Made by a program: the position numbers and the translations under genes
In this document: positions 60,705 through 64,000 of the stretch, in pieces
How the letters are laid out: each line of letters opens with the position of its first letter
How positions within the stretch are numbered: the stretch's first letter is position 1
Notes under the pieces: generated by a model
The model's database searches: none
What the model was told of the DNA's origin: nothing
What the model saw: only the letters and a program-made list of their open reading frames with translations
NCBI GenBank assembly: GCA_036172245.1
Contig: JAYWIR010000054.1
Span: forward strand, 1 to 64,000
DNA from: Raillietiella orientalis
Lineage: Eukaryota
Direction: 5' to 3'
Length of the DNA: 64,000 bases

Positions 60705-61915
60705 GTGCTCGCCGCGCGGTGCACGCCGGACGCAACTGCATAGGGAGTTTTTTCTGGTGTTTCCTGTGTGGTTCGCGGCCGTTTACGGGCAGGAATGCCT
60801 GTGAACGCCGCAGTTTCAGGTGAGGGAGGCGGGAAGACCGCGTCTCCCAAGCCAAAGGAGTTGGGATCACGCCCTTCTCAACCTTCCCCCGCCACTACGG
60901 CGAGGGCCTGGAGCGCGGTGGCAGCGGCGGAAACGCCCGATGTCGCCGCCGAAATCAAGTCCTACATCCAGGAGGGCCACAACCCTGCCCTACAGGAGGG
61001 CAGGGTTGTGGCCCTCCTGTACAAGGTAGGGAACTTATACTCCCCATTACGGGCGCGAAAGTCCGACAATGCCTTAAAAAAAAATGGGCATTGCCGACAA
61101 CAAAATTCTGTGCCTCTCAATACGGAGCGGAGGGTAGTTGGCGGACCTCATCTGCAAGGATGCAGCTCTTACCCACCAGATGCTCTGTACGCCCGTAAAA
61201 TTTGAGGGCAGGAATTTACTCCCCCACACAGTAGACCACTCTATTGTGGTTCACCTTACCGGGACAACAGTGCGGATGGATGAAAATGCCATCCGCACTG
61301 AGCTTGAAAAATTCGAGAGCGTTTTCGCGATGTGGCGAAAGCCCAACGCCTTCGATGTAAATGGGGCGTTTAGTGGGCGAGTAGGCGCTCGTGTGACGCT
61401 GCGAGAAAGCGTGCAGCTTCCCCACAAGCTGCAAATCGGCGACGAGTTCGTCGACATTTGATTCGTGGGGAAACCTAAATTTTGTGGCAATTGTAATACG
61501 TTCGGGCACCTGAAAAAGCGGTGCCCGGACGCAGTTTGCCCAACGTGCGGCGCGAAAGGCCACACCAAAGTGATGTGCCCGATGAACGTCCCTCCAACGC
61601 CGTAAATTCCGGAAAAAAAGGAAGGGAAGGTGAAAATTATAAATAATCCCCAAAAGGGTGAACAGCCGTCGGCTTCGAAAAAAGTCAAGCAGCAAGAAAG
61701 GGACTCGGTACAGGAGCTTCCGGAAAAGACTGCCGACGAGGAAGGCTGGCAGCTGGTCACCAGAAAAATAAAAATAATTAAAAAAACCGCGCCCGCACAG
61801 GCGAAAGTGGTGAACGGCAAGGCAAAGGCAGCGCCACGCCCGAAAACGAAAACGTGCAGCGTGTCCATAAAACGCGTCCCGTCGATCGATACTCGAATGG
61901 CTACTGGATCGATAT
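60705..61915 (+). mobile_element. LINE family G-like copy 2 (5' end and ORF1 part)
   Basis: ORF1 from ATG 60795, homologous to 48108 onward. CGNCNTFGHLKKRC and CPTCGAKGHTKVMC. Confidence 0.85.
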
Positions 61916-61939
61916 GTGATGACGTCACGGGTTTGAAGC

Positions 61940-62515
61940 GATGTCACCGCAGTGAGTGGACATGTTTTTGTGGAGCTCCCAAAAACCGTCGTTTTCACGG
62001 GTGTTTGCGGTGTTTTTTGAGCGGTTGTTCCTGGGCAGAAATGCCCGAGGACGCCGCCAAGACGGCGGAGGGGGGCGAGCGAGCCTCGTCCCCCCAACCC
62101 ATGGATGTGGGGGCCATCTCCCCCACAGATTCGTCCCCCGCCCCGGCGAGGGCTTGGAGCGCGGTGGTGGCGGCGCCTGCGCCGCCCCCCGCAGAGGAAC
62201 AGCGGGCGTACATGGCCGACGGGTACAACCCGGCCCTGCTCTACAAGGTAGGTGGCCTCTACTCCCCCGCGGTCTTGTGGTCTTTCGCCGCAGAATTTAA
62301 GAAGTTAAAAGTCCCGGAGGACGAAGTCCTCGGGCTTTTGGTGCGAAGTGGCGGGCAGCTGGTTGAGCTGAATTGCAAGTCTGCAGGGATGGCTCAACAG
62401 CTGCTGCGCCTGCCGGTGAGCGTGAACGGGAGAAGAATCTTCCCGTTCACGGCGGACAATTCGATCGTTGTCCACCTCTCCGGAATAACAATGGCAAAGA
62501 ACGCTGTCCGAGAAA
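61940..62515 (+). mobile_element. LINE family I 5' end and ORF1 N-terminus
   Basis: Motif gtggacatgtttttgtggagctc at 61957. ATG 62041 MPEDAAK...RAWSAVVAAP...GYNPALLYKVG. Confidence 0.82.
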
Positions 62516-62662
62516 GTTGGGAGGTGAATTGGGAGGTGCACTGCAAGGATACAGGCCTAGTCCAGAACCTGCTCCGAACACCCCTGAAAATCAGGGTAAG
62601 GAGTTCGTACCCTCGGCCCTGGACCATGGTCTTACTCCAGTGAATTACCAAAAGCAAACAAG

Positions 62663-63497
62663 ATGCCATATGCACTTTTCTTTGCCTCACTCTGCAATTA
62701 CAGCTAAGAATTCAAAGCTATCAAACAATGGTGTCGCTGTAACTGCTTCTTTGCCTGCATTGGCAAAGAATCAGCTGAAACAGGAACACCTCACCTTGAA
62801 GGACATCTTCAACTAAAAGAACCTCGCACACTACCAGGACTACATAGAAAACCTTTTCACAAATGTCAACTGGAAAAAGCCAAACGTTCCGCACAGAACA
62901 TACGGAACCGCAACAAGCAGGACCAAGATGCCTGGGTATACGGAGCCCTCCGAGAAAGCAGAAGCCAAAAGTTACAAAGAACAAGTAAGTTTGCTAGGCA
63001 ATTCCAATAACCTCAAGATGACCACCTTTCAGATACTTATCGAAAACCGGGCAGATGAACTATATATTCTCAAAAACCATACCCTTTTTACGCCAAAACC
63101 ATCAACTTCATCAAAGAATGCTTCCGCATCTCCCGAGCAAGAACCCATCCCAACCCTTTGGGCAACCTACAACCACGCGGATGGCAACTTCGCATTATGC
63201 ACCTCATCCGCCACCAACCAAATCAGCGAAAAATACATTGGTTCTACGACACCGTTGCCAACACCGGAAAAACAACCATGGCAAAATTCCTATTCCGCAA
63301 AAAATCAGCCATTTACATGCACAGCTCCAAAAAAGCCGACGCAGCCCACATATACAACGGAAAGAATCATCGTTCTAGACTTCAACAAAGACAACCAAGA
63401 ACACGTCCAATACGGCTTTACGGAAAGCTTGAAAAACGGAGTTATCTTCGACAATAAATATCATGGGAGCATTAAATACTTCGGTCCAACTTTCAGC
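62663..63497 (+). pseudogene. rep: Endogenous CRESS-DNA virus Rep, copy 2 (more degenerate, frameshifted)
   Basis: MPYALF..LCNY..WCR..IGKESAETGTPHLEGH, IHWFYDTVANTGKTT, IIVLDF and ESLKNGVIFDNKY. Colinear with copy 1. Confidence 0.88.
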
Positions 63498-63499
63498 CT

Positions 63500-64000
63500 T
63501 TGGCCGGAAATAGCCGACCCCGACTAAATTGTTGCATTGGAGGCGTTCGCCATCATGCACGCATTGTGGAGGCGCGTGAACCCCTTAAGAAGGTTCCGCG
63601 CCTCTTGCGGACTCGCCACCGCGCGCGTCACCATGGACAACAGGAGTCTGCTGCCTTCGCAGATCCTCCTTGGTGACGACGTCGTGTTTCTCCGGTTTGC
63701 CCGACAAACCCCGGTTTGCGCCAACTGCGTCAAGGAGGGCCACCGTCCGCGGAAGTGCCCCACACGCAGTTGCCGATACTGCAAACTGCTCCGCCACTCG
63801 ATCAACGAGTGCGTCGAGCTGAAGCGTAAAAGGCGGGCGAGAAACCTCCAGGCAACATCGCCGTCCGCGCCGACTCCATCCGCCCCATCCTCGGGCAAGA
63901 AATCCGGCGCGAACGGGGATCTGCAGCGCAGACGCAAAAAGTCCGATTGCACGAGCGTATCTGGGAGCAATGCTCCACAAAAGCCGGCGCAAAAGCACAA
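63500..64000 (+). mobile_element. Family D ORF1 (upstream part at ~62517-62630), split by Rep copy 2
   Basis: WEVHCKD...PSALDHG before Rep. PEIAD...SCGLATARVTMD...CANCVKEGHRPRKC after it. Confidence 0.85.

Noticed and set aside
12364..61461. RIP- or methylation-type hypermutation (many TGG>TAG/TGA and CGA>TGA stops)
   Set aside because: Looking only at stops is biased toward these transitions, and the region remains GC- and CpG-rich. A substitution spectrum against consensus would be needed.

Overview
Eukaryotic, host-gene-free window made almost entirely of nested L1-clade (Tx1/Zepp-like) non-LTR retrotransposons. ORF1 is gag-like with CCHC knuckles; ORF2 has an APE endonuclease, reverse transcriptase and C-terminal CCHC finger. 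About nine families are distinguishable by eye (labelled here A, B, B2, C, D, E, G, H, I; my own labels). The main observation is that the nesting is not random. Each family inserts at a specific conserved coding motif of sibling LINEs in a fixed orientation: H into endonuclease GDFN (sense; 9- and 16-bp TSDs), A into RT KAFD (antisense), D into endonuclease GGRL (antisense), and B2 into linker PGFGE (antisense). All families share a 5' motif (CGGACGTG-N9-11-GCTC) and a 3' terminal AATAAA + CCCGG/CCGGG hairpin without a long poly(A). One ORF2 (36875-40432, 1185 aa) is intact. Two endogenous CRESS-DNA virus Rep genes are embedded. One retains its CAGTATTAC origin stem-loop, and both carry a 48-nt GT-AG segment at the same position. 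Junction coordinates were read by eye and may be off by a few bases. The host taxon cannot be determined from this window.
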